Positions 39,021 to 51,689 of a stretch of 64,000 nucleotides of DNA are shown here, piece by piece (the first letter of the stretch is position 1; the number at the start of each line of letters is the position of its first letter). The notes under the pieces were generated by a model. It ran no database searches. It saw nothing but the letters and a program-made list of their open reading frames with translations, and was not told the DNA's origin. This stretch comes from Octopus sinensis. Lineage: Eukaryota. Location: the NCBI RefSeq assembly GCF_006345805.1, contig NC_043006.1, forward strand, positions 3,162,001 through 3,226,000, given 5' to 3'. The translations under genes were made by a program, and so were the position numbers.

Positions 39021-41580
39021 CTCTGAGTAGCACAAGTTTTGCTTCTCCAAATGTTTTTTAGTGATTCTAAGGTAATTTTTTTCTCCGGATTTCAAAACTA
39101 CCCTTGAAAATTGCATAGCATCGATATTTTAGGAAATAATTTTGGAATGGGAACAAAATTTAGCTGCGATAGTACTTTATTCACATTGTACATTAATAGG
39201 AACTAAAAATATTTTCTCCTGATACTTATTTTTAAACTAACGAGAAATGTAAGCAAAACTATGATGAGATTATAAGATTTTACTAGAAATGCACCGAAGA
39301 CCCTGCTCTCCTATTATGAGCTCTTATGCACCAATGATACTATCTTCCTTGGTATCTTTTCTCCATTGTAGCAACATCCTGATGGAAACCTTAACCATGT
39401 TCCTCACTCACTTGAGCTTAGTTTACACGAAAAAAGACTAAAGTGTACATTTAATGACATTCTACAATCTAAATTCTTATAACTCTCGATTAGTACTCGT
39501 ACGAGCTGCTTGTAGTTTGGGGTCTTCGTTATTACCAAGGAATCCATTGACAATATCTCGAAATACACACTATACCTATCTTTCTAGTGCACTCATCACA
39601 TTTTCTGACCTCAGCATTTTCGCTCCAGTAAGTATACTACCCTTAAATTTTACCTCCAGTAGCTTTGGAAAGAGGAGACGAATCTCTTGAAATGCTTTCC
39701 CACCAAGATCTAAAGCCTTTACAAACTGTTTGGCCAAACCCAGCTTTCTGTGAAGGGGAGGTAACAACACTTTCGCAGGCGCTACAAGAGATTGTCTTAT
39801 AACATTTAGCTTTCTGGCTGGAGGTCATCTCCTGGGGGTTACTCAGCCTTCTGGTAATGTTCAAGATCAGCCCTATTATCCCACAGGTAAAGAAAATATG
39901 AATATTTAGTGTAATCGAAGTAAGAAGAATCGAAGCAAGAAGGGAAACATTTTAAAGTTACCACAAACATTGCATTTCAACTTCTCATAGTTTACTTTTT
40001 CATGAAGCTCTTTTACTTTGTCACATTCTTCCTTCATCTTTACCGAGGATGGATGTACCGAGACAGGAATGAATGCTGATTTCCATTGTGTAATAAAGCG
40101 GCTTTGAAGCTTTTTTTTTAGCTATGAAAAGTGGCCATTCTGCAGGGTTGTGATCAATTCCAATAGCTGTAAACAAGCCATTTATATCTTTGTAGAAGCA
40201 GAGATCCTCACTAATGTCGAATTCTTCATGGCGCCTGCTGTATACTGTTAATCTACAGTCATTCTCCAAGAAATTCCATTCATTAAGCCTGAATGCTAAA
40301 AGCTCAGCTCCTCATTTAGTGAGACCCAACTCCCTTATGAGATCGCCCAATTCACGTTGATTTGGAAAGTGTGGGCAGGTGCTCGTTCCTGACTCAAATG
40401 TTTCATCCATGTCTTCGTTGTCGCCACCCCCTGACTCTCCTGCTGAGACCTCCATCATATCCTCTACCTGAGAAATTTAAAAGGTTGCATTTAATAGCTG
40501 AAACCTTAGTAAGAATTTTATGTGTACTCACACATTTTATTATTGATTCTGTTACTACGGTTGAAATTTACATTTGTTATTAACACTTTCATAGGATGTA
40601 CTAACATTTTCTGGCGGCTGTGGAACAGGTAGGTTGTCATCATGTGGCACAGGTGCAATGGAGGATTGAATGCTTGGATACGGAAGGGCTTTTCTTCTCT
40701 TTTCTGTACTTTGATATATAAACCATGCAAATCATCATAATGATATTTTGGCTCTCGCCAAACTCTCGGAACAGCAAATGGCATTGCTATTCTTGCACCT
40801 CTAAGCCATCCATCCAAATTTGATCTACATATCACATGAGGGGCCCATGGTTTTCCTTGGTCACCCGTACTCATTCCAAAATACAGTCTATAAGCAATGC
40901 AATACTTAGCACCTTTCACAATTTTATATGCTACATGCTTTCTTCCAGCATAGTATCCACACACATAACAGAATATATCTGGTGAATTTCTGCATTCTCT
41001 TGTAACCATGGTCAGGAAAATTCAATGTCTACAATAAAAACCCGAAAAAGAAAAATGTAAGTGACAAATGTACAGTGCTCGTTATCAAACAGTGATCATA
41101 CAGGTATAGGCCCCAAACCAAATGGAATGCCGGACAAAAGATGGAGGGATGAGAGGCAAAAGCGCAGCATTTCCTTTCACTAGCTATGGTAGCCACGAGA
41201 GCACTGAGGCGTGTTTCTGTTGAGTCTGTTGTGTGTAGCAGAAGGCGGTGACGACACTGCCTTTTCACTTAAACCTTCAAATACTTTTATACGAATAATG
41301 GAGACAAACTGTGATCAAGCGATGTTAGAGCTTTTGTTTACACAGACAGTTGCCAGATGTATGAAGACACGTGTATATGATGGTATGTGATGCATGATGA
41401 CATGCATGATGTATGTATGATATATGATGATATGTATGATGCATGCATGATGTATGATTTGCAAACAGTCGATGGTAGACAAAAAAAAAGCACATTTTTG
41501 GAATCAGCACAAAATTCTGCATTAAAATCACTCAAAGCTTCAAGACAACCAAAACGCTTGTGAAAATGTGTAACGCAGTG
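39021..41580 (-). mobile_element. Chapaev3-like (CMC superfamily) DNA transposon relic with disrupted transposase
   Basis: FCYVCG...YFG...GDQGKPWAPHVIC...PFAVPRVWREP (40518-41009); W.LFI...KASK (40021-40269); LPPLHRKLGLAKQFVKAL (39576-39770); FLGN..NYKQLV..SEEHG.GFHQDVATMEKRYQG; degenerate TIRs CACTGCGTTACACA vs CTCTGAGTAGCACA. Confidence 0.8.
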
Positions 41581-41923
41581 AAATATTTTATTTTTTGTTA
41601 TACCCATACAACGGTTTTACCATCGTGAAACCAGGATTTTCTACACTTTCGGTATTAGTTTGAAATCCTGCAGTACTGATTGATAGCCCAGCACTCGGGT
41701 TGAGTGCATAACTGGAAATATATCCTACACTTATATTACCCGAATTACATATATGTTTGCCCGAGGTGCCACGCAGTAGGACCGAACCCGGAGTGATGTG
41801 GTTGGGAAGCAAGCTTCTTGCCACACAGCCACATCAGTTCCTATATACACATATAAATACATGCACGCAGAGACACAGACACAAACACTCAGACATTACA
41901 TGAAATGTTAAAATTCTTCAAAA

Positions 41924-42304
41924 CCTATACGTATAAAGCTGAAGTTGTCTGTGTATGGCAGGTTTGGTAGCCTTCAACTAATACTATCTCCTCCGAAACC
42001 CTGCGACGCAAGTTGACCAAAACTGAGAGGCTTGCTCTTCCTTCCGTAGAAGGAAAAATTCAAATCGGACCATGTTAACACCAAAAATTATTTACATCAA
42101 AAAGGTGCTTTTTTTCTATGAAAATCCCTATTTTTACGATTTTTTGACTGCTGTGTCGCCATTTTTCGGTGTTTTTCAATCAGAAAAATGTTCACTTAAA
42201 GAGACTAACAAGCTACATAATGTAAAATGTTTACTTTTCAAAAATTCCAATTCTAAAGGGTCGAAAAGAAAACAAGCCCGAGCAACGCTGGGTTATACTG
42301 CTAG
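41924..42304 (+). mobile_element. Non-autonomous Helitron
   Basis: 3' hairpin CCCGAGCAACGCTGGG (42277-42292) then CTAG|T; 5' (T>C)CTATACGTATAAAGCTG; no TSD. Confidence 0.7.
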
Positions 42305-42412
42305 TTTAGTCTAAGTCATCAGAAACATTAATCATGAAATAGGATAGGATATCGAATTAACATATGAAGTTGTATGCCATATAGTATCGCCATATTCCCT
42401 TACATATCACTT

Positions 42413-42496
42413 AACTCTGATGAGCGTAAGGTTATATAATCGGATTGTTACCTAAAACTCCATTGTATTCCTAGCACGAAACCGATTGGTTAGATC
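42413..42496 (+). ncRNA. Degenerate type I hammerhead ribozyme motif
   Basis: CTGATGA (42417-42423), long stem II G...C, GAAA-CC-GATT-GG-T-T (GUU site), partial stem I AACT/AGAT. Confidence 0.55.
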
Positions 42497-42503
42497 AGCC
42501 ATG

Positions 42504-42579
42504 ATGGATATATAATACTGTACATTTCGGATAATATATATATATATATTATCCGAAATGTACAGTATTATATATCCAT
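42504..42579. repeat. Perfect 76-bp palindrome centred on (TA)n
   Basis: ATGGATATATAATACTGTACATTTCGGATAATATATATA is followed by its exact reverse complement. Confidence 0.92.
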
Positions 42580-42824
42580 ATATAAATATAAGATCCAGGG
42601 ATCCAGCTGTAGGGAGAAAGTTAGCTTCAAGCAATCTACAGACTACGAACATGTTCCTCCTTGTGGCAATCCCGAATCCCTTGGCATGAAGAATAGCCTT
42701 GGTTGGTTATTTACTACTTTCGAGGTTCCGCTCGCTATGTAATATATGTAGCCTGCATCTTATCTATTCCATTCTTTAACTGTTGTGTGTGTGTGTGTCT
42801 GTGTATGTGCAAGTGCGTGTGTAT

Positions 42825-42865
<41 letters not shown>

Positions 42866-42873
<8 letters not shown>

Positions 42874-43171
42874 ATCACGTGACCGACCAGACCATCAGAT
42901 GTTGTTACACATCGCTGGTCACAATGCGTTCGCATTGTTTTAGCCTTCGAATGACGCCACCCCGCTGACTAAGCGAGTAGACCAACAGAAGAAAGAGTGA
43001 AAGAAAGAGTGGTGAAAGAGTACAGAAGGGATCACCCCGCCTGCCGGAGCCTCGTGGAGCTTTAAGGTGTTTTCGCTCAATAAACACTCACAACGCCCGG
43101 TCTGGGAATCGAAACCACGATCCTACGACCGCGAGTCCGCTGCCCTAACCAGTGGGCCATTGCGCCTCCAC
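42866..43171 (-). mobile_element. tRNA-derived SINE
   Basis: Aligns with 8237-8531. Confidence 0.85.
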
Positions 43172-43224
43172 ACATATATATATACATGAATGTATATATG
43201 TATATATATACGTTTGTGTGTATG

Positions 43225-43261
<37 letters not shown>

Positions 43262-43263
<2 letters not shown>

Positions 43264-43688
43264 CATTTATAAATTTGTTTTGCAAGATTCCTGATGTGAA
43301 ATCGTGTGTTGAAACAGATATTGTTATATTTCGGGCAGCTCATTTTTTTCTTGCCAAATAAATACACGCACCATATATTCGTTCTTCATTTGTCTATTAT
43401 TATTGTTCGTACTTTATGTCTTTTGTCTGAAATCTTTCGTCACACACCTGTGACCTCTTCAGCGACTCTTCACGTGCCTCCTTCTGTTCTGTTTAGTCCA
43501 TTCTGTGAAGGGCCTTAACAGAACAGGAGAAGACGCGTGGGATAGAGAGTCGCTGAAGAGGTCTCAGGTGTGTGACTAAAGATTTAAGACAAGAGGCAGA
43601 AAATACGAACAATGATAACCAATTGTAGAACAGATATGTAGTGTGTGTGTCTATTTGGCAAGAAAAAATGACCATCCCTAAACATAAC

Positions 43689-43693
<5 letters not shown>
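43262..43693. mobile_element. Fold-back PLE-like module: ~150-bp imperfect inverted arms, each with an HHR-like core
   Basis: Arms 43318-43468 and ~43547-43693; CTGAAGA-GGTC(A/T)C-AGGTGT-GTGAC-(G/T)AAA on opposite strands; (TA)n on both sides. Confidence 0.6.
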
Positions 43694-43756
<63 letters not shown>

Positions 43757-44024
43757 ACGCAAACATTTATATATCTATGTGTATGCACACGCATGAAATT
43801 TATACATGTATTTATGCATATAAGTATGTACACACATACCTACCTACACATCTATATCTATATCTGTCTATTTGTCTGTCTGTCAGTCTGTCTATCTATC
43901 TATATATAAATGGATGAATGCATATATGTATGCATGTATGCATGCACGTATGTGTGAATGTATGTATGTATTTACATATGTATACATATATAAGTATATA
44001 CATATATGTATACATAGGCGCAGG

Positions 44025-44130
44025 AGTGGCTCGGTGGTAAGTAGCTTGCCTACCAACCATATGGTTCCAAGATCAGTCTCGCTGCGTGGGTGCTCTAGCA
44101 TGGCCGCAGTCAAATGACTGAAAAAATAAA
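44025..44130 (+). mobile_element. Internally deleted tRNA SINE (head joined to 3' end)
   Basis: ATAGGCGCAGGAGTGGC head directly followed by GTGCTCTAGCATGGCCGCAGTCAAATGACTGAA. Confidence 0.7.
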
Positions 44131-44210
44131 GGAATAAAAGAATATATGTATATGTATACATACATATATATATACACATGCATACATACATGCATTCCCA
44201 TGCACGTTGT

Positions 44211-44246
<36 letters not shown>

Positions 44247-44251
44247 CATAT

Positions 44252-44334
<83 letters not shown>

Positions 44335-45215
44335 CAGACAGATAGATAGATAGATAGATATATACATATTATATACATATATATTGTACAACATGGATAT
44401 GAATATATTTGAAACTTCTGGACTAACGTATGTAAGAATATTTGTTCACCAGCCGCTTAGCACATGTAGATGTTTTATGTTTGTGTGTAAGCAAATGAAC
44501 CCATGTAATTTGAAACACGCCACTTATGTTCTCCTTTACATCTTTCGTCTATTTTCGTCTGTCTTCATCTACATGTGTGTATTTGTTAGTGCGCATGGTT
44601 AAGCTTTTGGGTGTGACGTCGTGCATGTATGAATACATTTGTGCGTATCTCACGCATGTTTCTCTTCTTATCCCAGGTGCGATTAACACCCATATGTTCA
44701 CATTTAGTTCGGTGTAAGTAAGGACATACAGGGTTGCATAGGAATCCTTGCATGATGTTTTTGAGAACAGGAAATTGGTAAATCTTTGGGGTTGAAATAT
44801 GCTAAACGTATGAGAGTAGAATGTAAATCACTCTAAGAGTGTTCGTTCAGAAGTAATTGCAACGGTCTATGGTGCCTACATGGGACTAGGGAGAATACCC
44901 CATCATACCCACAATGAGTAGTTTAATTATCTCCCTTGGTAATTTACTCTTCCAAAATTGTTTAGATATTAAGTCTAATAATCTCTCCCGGAAGAATCAT
45001 AATATATTATTCATCAAAATATTCACTGATAATGCTATAACGTAAAGTACGTAAGTTATAACTGGACACAATCAGTTTAACCACAAACTGAAAGTAAGTA
45101 TCATATGATCGTAAAACAAAAATAGGTACACCAATAAAACTATTACCAAATAATAATAATAACAACAACAACAACAATAGTAGTAGTTGTAGTAGTAGTA
45201 GTAGTAGTAGTAGTA

Positions 45216-45276
<61 letters not shown>

Positions 45277-45990
45277 GGTTTTATCATAGTAGCACAATAT
45301 CAAAGCTTGGCAACCAGGGCTTACCACAACAAAATAATGAACGATGGTACTGAACCAAAATGCAGAATGTGTCATGAGCAGGATGAAACAGTGGACCACA
45401 TCTGAACTGGATGCACAGCGCTTGCAAAAACCGAATATATTCATAGACACGATAGAGTAGCGCAATATATCCATTGGAAGATATGTAAACATTACCAGCT
45501 TCCAACTTCAGAAAGATGGTACCGGCATAAACCTGAAACTGACCGGAAAAGATGATGTAACAGTGCTCTAGGACAGGCCAAACAACACCGATAAAGAAAT
45601 CAAGGCAAACAGGCCGGACATAATCATCAAAGATGGAAAGAATAAGAAATGCTTAATGATAGATGTGACAGTACCATCAGAGAGAAATGTGTCCATTAAA
45701 TAAGTTGAGAAGTTATTTAAGTACAAAGACCTAGAAACAGAAGTGACCAAGATGTGGGGAATGAAAAGCAGCACAGCACCAGTGGTGATTGGAGCGTTAG
45801 GGCTAATTAAAAAGGGCCTTGATAAGCAGCTCAACAAACTCCCTTTCAATGTTAAGGTGGGAGAACTTCAGAAAATAGTGCTGCTAGGTTCCGCACACAT
45901 TTTACGCCGTGTACTCTGCATGAGACGAGGACCTGCTGTGACCCTAGGGTCAAGGGATAACCCCGGTTCAGCAGAAGACAACGGACCATA
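45277..45990 (+). mobile_element. R4/Dong-like CCHC+RLE fragment, distinct family
   Basis: GFIIVAQYQSLATR, CRMCHEQDETVDHI, IHRHDRVAQY, KANRPDI, PVVIGALG, LQKIVLLGSAHILRR; AAT tract upstream. Confidence 0.85.
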
Positions 45991-46929
45991 TTTTATTTAA
46001 AAAAAATAATAAACACGAAATTACAAATTTTGCGAAGTTTTTTAAGTCGTTATAACATTTAACACAAAAAATAACTAAAATCAATAACAATTGTCCGTTT
46101 GATTTATTATCCTCAGTAAATTGTTAGACTTGGGATTATTTTTACCTGTCTTTATATAATCAAATGTTTTAAGTAACTATTAAATAAATATTTCACCATA
46201 ACATCTACGTGGTTTTCTTTCTTCCCCTATACCAGTGGTTCCTATCCTAGGGTCTGCAGATCCCTGGTAGTCTGAAAAGGTAGTATTGGGGGTCCGTGAC
46301 CTAAATTCAAAATTTCATATATATATATATTATTAGTATATCTACAACGTAGGATTACATACAAGCATGGATCGGAGGGGCAAGTTGCTGTCACTGTTCT
46401 TTACAGATCCTCCCAAGCATGTGATGTTGATGTAACATCTGCAGCTCAGTTTTTATGGAAAACAAACAACGTGGGTTGGAAGAAAACCGGTGCACTTGCT
46501 CGAGCACTCACAACAGAGTGAACTATGCTCGGGGCACTCAAGGACCAGGTGGCGTTATTGTTATAAAACTTAATTACGACCATTGAAATGACTAAACAAC
46601 ATTTTTGTCCTTAATTTCTTTTGTTTTTCACTATGTAATTATTTGCCATAAACAGCCAAGTATAATAATTCCCACATAGTTTCGTTTTCACAGTTGGTGC
46701 ATCTGTTGAGTTTGTGTGTAAAAATGTTTGTCCTCCCCGCCTGTGTTAACATCATTTGATCTTAGTGGGTCAATAGTTTTTGATGGTTTATATGGAGGTG
46801 GTAATCGTTCAAATCTGACAGCCATGTTTTTTCTTTGTGTTCAGGTTTCAATTTTTATAATTTGGAATTCATATGGAATTTCATGCATTTTTCTAAAAGC
46901 ATATTTTATGGGTGTCGACAAACTGAAAA

Positions 46930-47315
46930 CATCATCACCACCACCACCGTCGTCACCACCGCCGTCGTCACCGCCACCACCAGTGTCTCTGTTACAAACG
47001 CCACCGCCATCACCACCACCACCACCACCAAAATCACTGCAACCGTCTCCACCACCTCAACCTCAATAACCATCATCATCATCGATATTACCGCTATGCT
47101 TCCCTTCGCCGTCGCCGCCGCAACGACCACCACCACTACCACCACCACCACCACTACCACCACCACACCACCACCACGACCACCACCACCACTACCACCA
47201 CCACCACCACCACCACGACCACCACGACCACCACCACCACGACCACCACCACTACCACCACCACCACCTCCACCACCACCACCACCACTACCACGACCAC
47301 CACCACCACTATAAT
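46930..47315. repeat. Degenerate to pure (CAC)n trinucleotide tract
   Basis: Directly visible. Confidence 0.9.
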
Positions 47316-47926
47316 ATCCTTCTTAACTGCCGTCACCATTATCATGATTCTTAGCTCCCATCGTCACTAGCAACACAACATTATGGCCGTCTACATTAAC
47401 ACACAATCTTCATTCACTATTTCGTTGACTTCTCTTACGTTTTCTTGCTTTAATAAGGTTTTCTTTTAATTACTTGTTCTTACACTGTTATAGGAATCGC
47501 TTTTTTCTTTCCTTCTTACACATTTCATTCTATGCGACCAAGCTCGTCATTCCTTTTCAGGTATGTCCCCTGTTTGCTGCCTTCAAACCAAATCAAATCC
47601 CCAACACCGCTGCTTACTCTCCTGCTAATCATCAAGCATTTTTTACTTTTCCAGTGTATTTTCTAATCCTTTTCTGCTTCCGTGTATTCACCATTGACTT
47701 CCCTATCTGCACACATATAAAACCTTCCTTTTATGTGTCTTGGCGGACTTCTTAACCTACTTACAACTGTTAAAAATAATGTTACACTGGCAATCCCTTT
47801 CCTTCCCTCTACGATTGGTTATACAATCTGTCAACACTATTTTGCCGATGTAACCTATTATCCTTATATTTAAACATTCCACTAGCAGGTTCTTCTTTCC
47901 ACTTAGTTTTGAAATATATATATATC

Positions 47927-48223
47927 TAAAACGTCACCCTTTTCAAGCCTAACCAGGCTCATGGGCCCGGTTTCCCGGTTTCTGTGGCGTATGTGTCCCC
48001 CCCCCCAGCTGGACGGGACGCCAGTCCATCGCAGCGTTACTCAAGAAACAAGAAGACAGAGTGAGAGAAAGTTGGGGCGAAAGAGTACAACAGGGTTCGC
48101 CACTACCGCCTGCCGGAGCCTCGTGGAGCTTTTATGTGTTTTCGCTCAATAAGCACACACAACGCCCGGTCTGGGAATCGAAACCGCAATCTCCGATCGC
48201 GAGTCCGCTGCTCTAACCACTGG
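47927..48223 (-). mobile_element. tRNA-derived SINE sharing head with 42866-43171 but a different 3' part
   Basis: 48080-48223 aligns with 43015-43155; 47927-48050 does not. Confidence 0.75.
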
Positions 48224-48297
48224 TTAAAATTTTAAAGTTGTTTATAATTCTAACCTTTAAAGGTATTTTAATATGCTGCCACACACACACACACACT

Positions 48298-48385
<88 letters not shown>

Positions 48386-48544
48386 AAATACGAGAAGTGT
48401 TAAAAAAGAAGTACTAGGGTCGATTCTTTCGACTAAAATTTCATGGTAGTGTCCCAGCATGGCCACAGTCTAATGACTGAAACAAGTAAAAGATAAAGGA
48501 TGCACACACACAGACAGACACACACACACACGCACACACATTAT

Positions 48545-48830
48545 GAAGGGTCATGATCAAGTGGTAAGGGTGTTGCCCTTATGTTCACAAGGTTGTCTTT
48601 TCCATTCCCAGAGCGGCGGCACGATGTGATATTGAGTAAAACACTTCGTTTCACGTTGCTCAGTCCATTCAGCTGTAAATGGTTAAAGCTTGCAACAGAC
48701 TGGCATTCCGTTCAGGAGGAATGTTGGCCTGGGTGCATACCCGCCAAGCCTAGCCTGGGATGTGGCCTCGTTCGAAAGCGGCAACAATGTGAGGAGGCAC
48801 GTTGTGACCAGCTGTATATTTCAGCATCCT
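48545..48830 (+). mobile_element. Diverged tRNA-derived SINE
   Basis: TGATCAAGTGGTAAGGG head; GAGTAAAACACTTCGTTTCACGTTGCTC core. Confidence 0.6.
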
Positions 48831-49289
48831 GTAGTTTAGTGGGAAGTGATATTCTTTAACCGAATAATTTATCTCACCATCATCATCATTCGATGAAGGC
48901 ATCAGTGTATCTCAATATTGGTTTCAAATTTTGGCACAAGGCCGGAGTATATCTCAATATTGACACTACGTGTCGTTGGTGACTTTAATGATATTTATTA
49001 CATTCTGATTTCATACTATCATCCGTTAACACACCCAACTATTTATACATTTCATCCGCTTTTTGTAATATTCTTGTCATTTCATTAAGAAGTGTTATGT
49101 TTCCGTCTATAACCTATCTTCGTCTTATTTATTTCTCAACCACAGCGCATTAACCAACAGCTTTCTGCAGGGAATTATAACAAGACTATAATATAAAGTG
49201 AAACAAACTTTATATGGATTGTCTCTATGCATTGGTTAGTTGCAAGTCAAATACCGATGTCAAAATAATTAATTGTTATCTCCGCCAGT

Positions 49290-49628
49290 GAAGGCGCATG
49301 ACTTAGTGGTTAGAGCGTCGGGCTTACGATCGTGAGGTTGTGAGTTCGAATCCCGGGCCGGGCTGCGTGTTGTGTTCTTGAGCAAGACACTTCATTTCAC
49401 GTTGCTCCAGTTCACTCAGCTGTAGAAATGAGTTGCGACGTCACAGGTGCCAAGCTGTATCGGCCCCTTTGCCTTTCCCTTGGATAACATCAGTGAGTGA
49501 CGTGGAGCAGGGAGGCCGGTATGCATGGGCGACTGCTGGTCTTCCATAAACAACCTTGCCCGGACTTGTACCTGGGAGGGTAACTTTCTAGGTGCAATCC
49601 CACGGTCAGTCATGACCGAAGGGGTCTT
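49290..49628 (+). mobile_element. Full-length tRNA-derived SINE
   Basis: A box TGACTTAGTGG, B box GTTCGAATCC, core TGTGTTCTTGAGCAAGACACTT. Confidence 0.88.
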
Positions 49629-50405
49629 AGCAATCTCTGCCAAAAATGGAAAGCATGAAGTGGATTGGAAGAATCGTCAGAGCGTCGGACAAAAATGCAT
49701 TGTAGCATTCATTTACGGCTATTTACGTTCTGAGTTCAAACCTTGCCGAGAGCAGCTTACCACTTCGCCGTTTCGGGATCGGTAAAATCAATTAACGGGA
49801 TCGATTTAATCTGTTCCTCCCCAAATTTCGGGCCTAGAGTCTAGCCTAGAAATTATGAAAATAAAAAAAAAAAATTTTTTTATGAAAAAGAGAACAAAAA
49901 TTGTGTTCTGGACACGTCTGAAAGCTTTATAGGCAGACATTTTCCTCGCTGGCCAAGCTCTTATGAATTTCTTCAAGTGCCACTTGAAGCGGATATGAGG
50001 GTAGAGAGGAACGTGTTACATCCTAGTGTGTTTAATGAAAGGTCGGGGAGAGAGAGGGGCACAAGACTTGCAAGGCTGAATGGCATTTCTAAGTAGGAAA
50101 GAAACAGAGAGAAGAGACTTTTGAGACTTGGATGTGGCAGACTATTTTCAGAGTTCCATAAGGGCTTTTTTTCCCCACGAATTACACTTCGTGGTTTTCC
50201 CCATTACTAAGAAATTTTTTGCTGGATTTTTTTAATGTGTCATTCATTTGTTTTTGTTTTCCATCCTTCCAGATTCGATAAATTAAGTCCAAACCAAGAA
50301 CTGTGGTCAATGTAATTGATTTGTAACCATCTATCAAAATTTCTGACCCCTTGTGACAAAGATTAGAAATTCTTCTTCTTCTCTTCTTCTTCTTCTTCTT
50401 CTTCT

Positions 50406-50440
<35 letters not shown>

Positions 50441-50459
50441 TGCTGCTGCTGCTGCTGCT

Positions 50460-50620
50460 TAAGCGGCATTTCGTTCGTCTTTACGTTCTGAGTTCAAATG
50501 CCACCGAGGTCGACTTTGCCTTTCATCCTTTCGAGGTCAATAAAATAAGTACCAGTTACGCAGTGGCGTCGATGTAATCGTCCAGAATTTCAGGCTTTGT
50601 GCCTACAATAGGAAGGATTC
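50460..50620 (+). mobile_element. ATT-tailed-family SINE between AAG-type arrays
   Basis: GCATTTCG...GTTCAAATG...GGCTTTGTGCC then (TTC)n-(ATT)n. Confidence 0.75.
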
Positions 50621-50671
50621 TTCTTCTTCTTCTTCTTCTTCTTCTTCTTCTTCTTCTTCTTCTTGTTATTA

Positions 50672-50729
<58 letters not shown>

Positions 50730-50748
50730 CATTATTATTATTATTATT

Positions 50749-50975
50749 AGGTTAAGCAGTTGTGGTCGCTGAAAAGGTGGTAGTAGCACCAATAACTGTC
50801 GACGCCCTGGGAACAGCGAGTAAAAATCTTGAGAAGTATATGGAATAAATAGGGGCTGCAATAAGGGTGGAGCACTTGTAGAAAATAGCACTGCTTGGAA
50901 CCGCTCGAATACTCCGGATGGTAGTGAACAGCTGGTACTGAAGAACATCTCCAGCGTTAGCAGCTGTGCAAAGAC
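50749..50975 (+). mobile_element. R4/Dong-like 3' fragment, family B, internally deleted
   Basis: Aligns with 6292-6543; AAT tail. Confidence 0.85.
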
Positions 50976-50997
50976 AATAATAATAATAATAATAATA

Positions 50998-51039
<42 letters not shown>

Positions 51040-51077
51040 TAATAACAAGAAGAAGAAGAAGAATTATTATTATTATT

Positions 51078-51214
51078 GAGTGAGAGAGCAGTTCATGCCA
51101 TCAAAGTGACACTGGGGTAAAATATACGAAGCCCAATATACCCATCATGACTACCCGTCTGGTAAAGGTACACCAGGCACATGCATCACAACCATATGTG
51201 CGCGACATGGTGAT

Positions 51215-51218
<4 letters not shown>
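51078..51218 (-). mobile_element. 3' fragment of the 550-bp element
   Basis: Reverse complement ends CTCTCTCACTC-AATAAT. Confidence 0.85.
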
Positions 51219-51271
<53 letters not shown>

Positions 51272-51689
51272 AGACCGCATCGGACAAAATGATTAGTGGC
51301 ATTCTAAGTTCAAATTCCGCGAAGGTTGACTTCGCCTTTCATCCTTTCAGGGGTCGATAGAATAAGTAGCAGTTGAAGAGTGGGGTTCAACGTAATCGAC
51401 ATGCCCTTCTTTCGAAACAATGCTTCAAAACATGAATGAGGAAGAGTAAAGTCGACTTCGGGGAAACTTGAACTCAAAACGAAAAGACGGACGAAATGCC
51501 GCTAAGCATTTGCTCGTCGTGCAAACGATTTTACCAGTTCGCCACCTCATTAACTGTAGTAATTATAGAAAATTGAGAGGGACCGGCGTCTCATTCAGGG
51601 ACAATGTTGTGATTTCAGTTATTTCTCGCTAAGGAAATCGGGTCATAAACTTTATGAGTCCCAAGACTCGAGTTAGGGATCATCAGACG

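Noticed and set aside
46234-46320. Complete hAT MITE starting CAGTGGTTCC
   Set aside because: No matching second TIR or TSD found
46835-47314. Formin/extensin-like proline-rich protein
   Set aside because: Product of a (CAC)n tract; reads as poly-P, poly-T or poly-H depending on frame
49290-49370. Functional tRNA gene
   Set aside because: The head continues into a SINE body shared by several copies and lacks a proper acceptor stem and terminator
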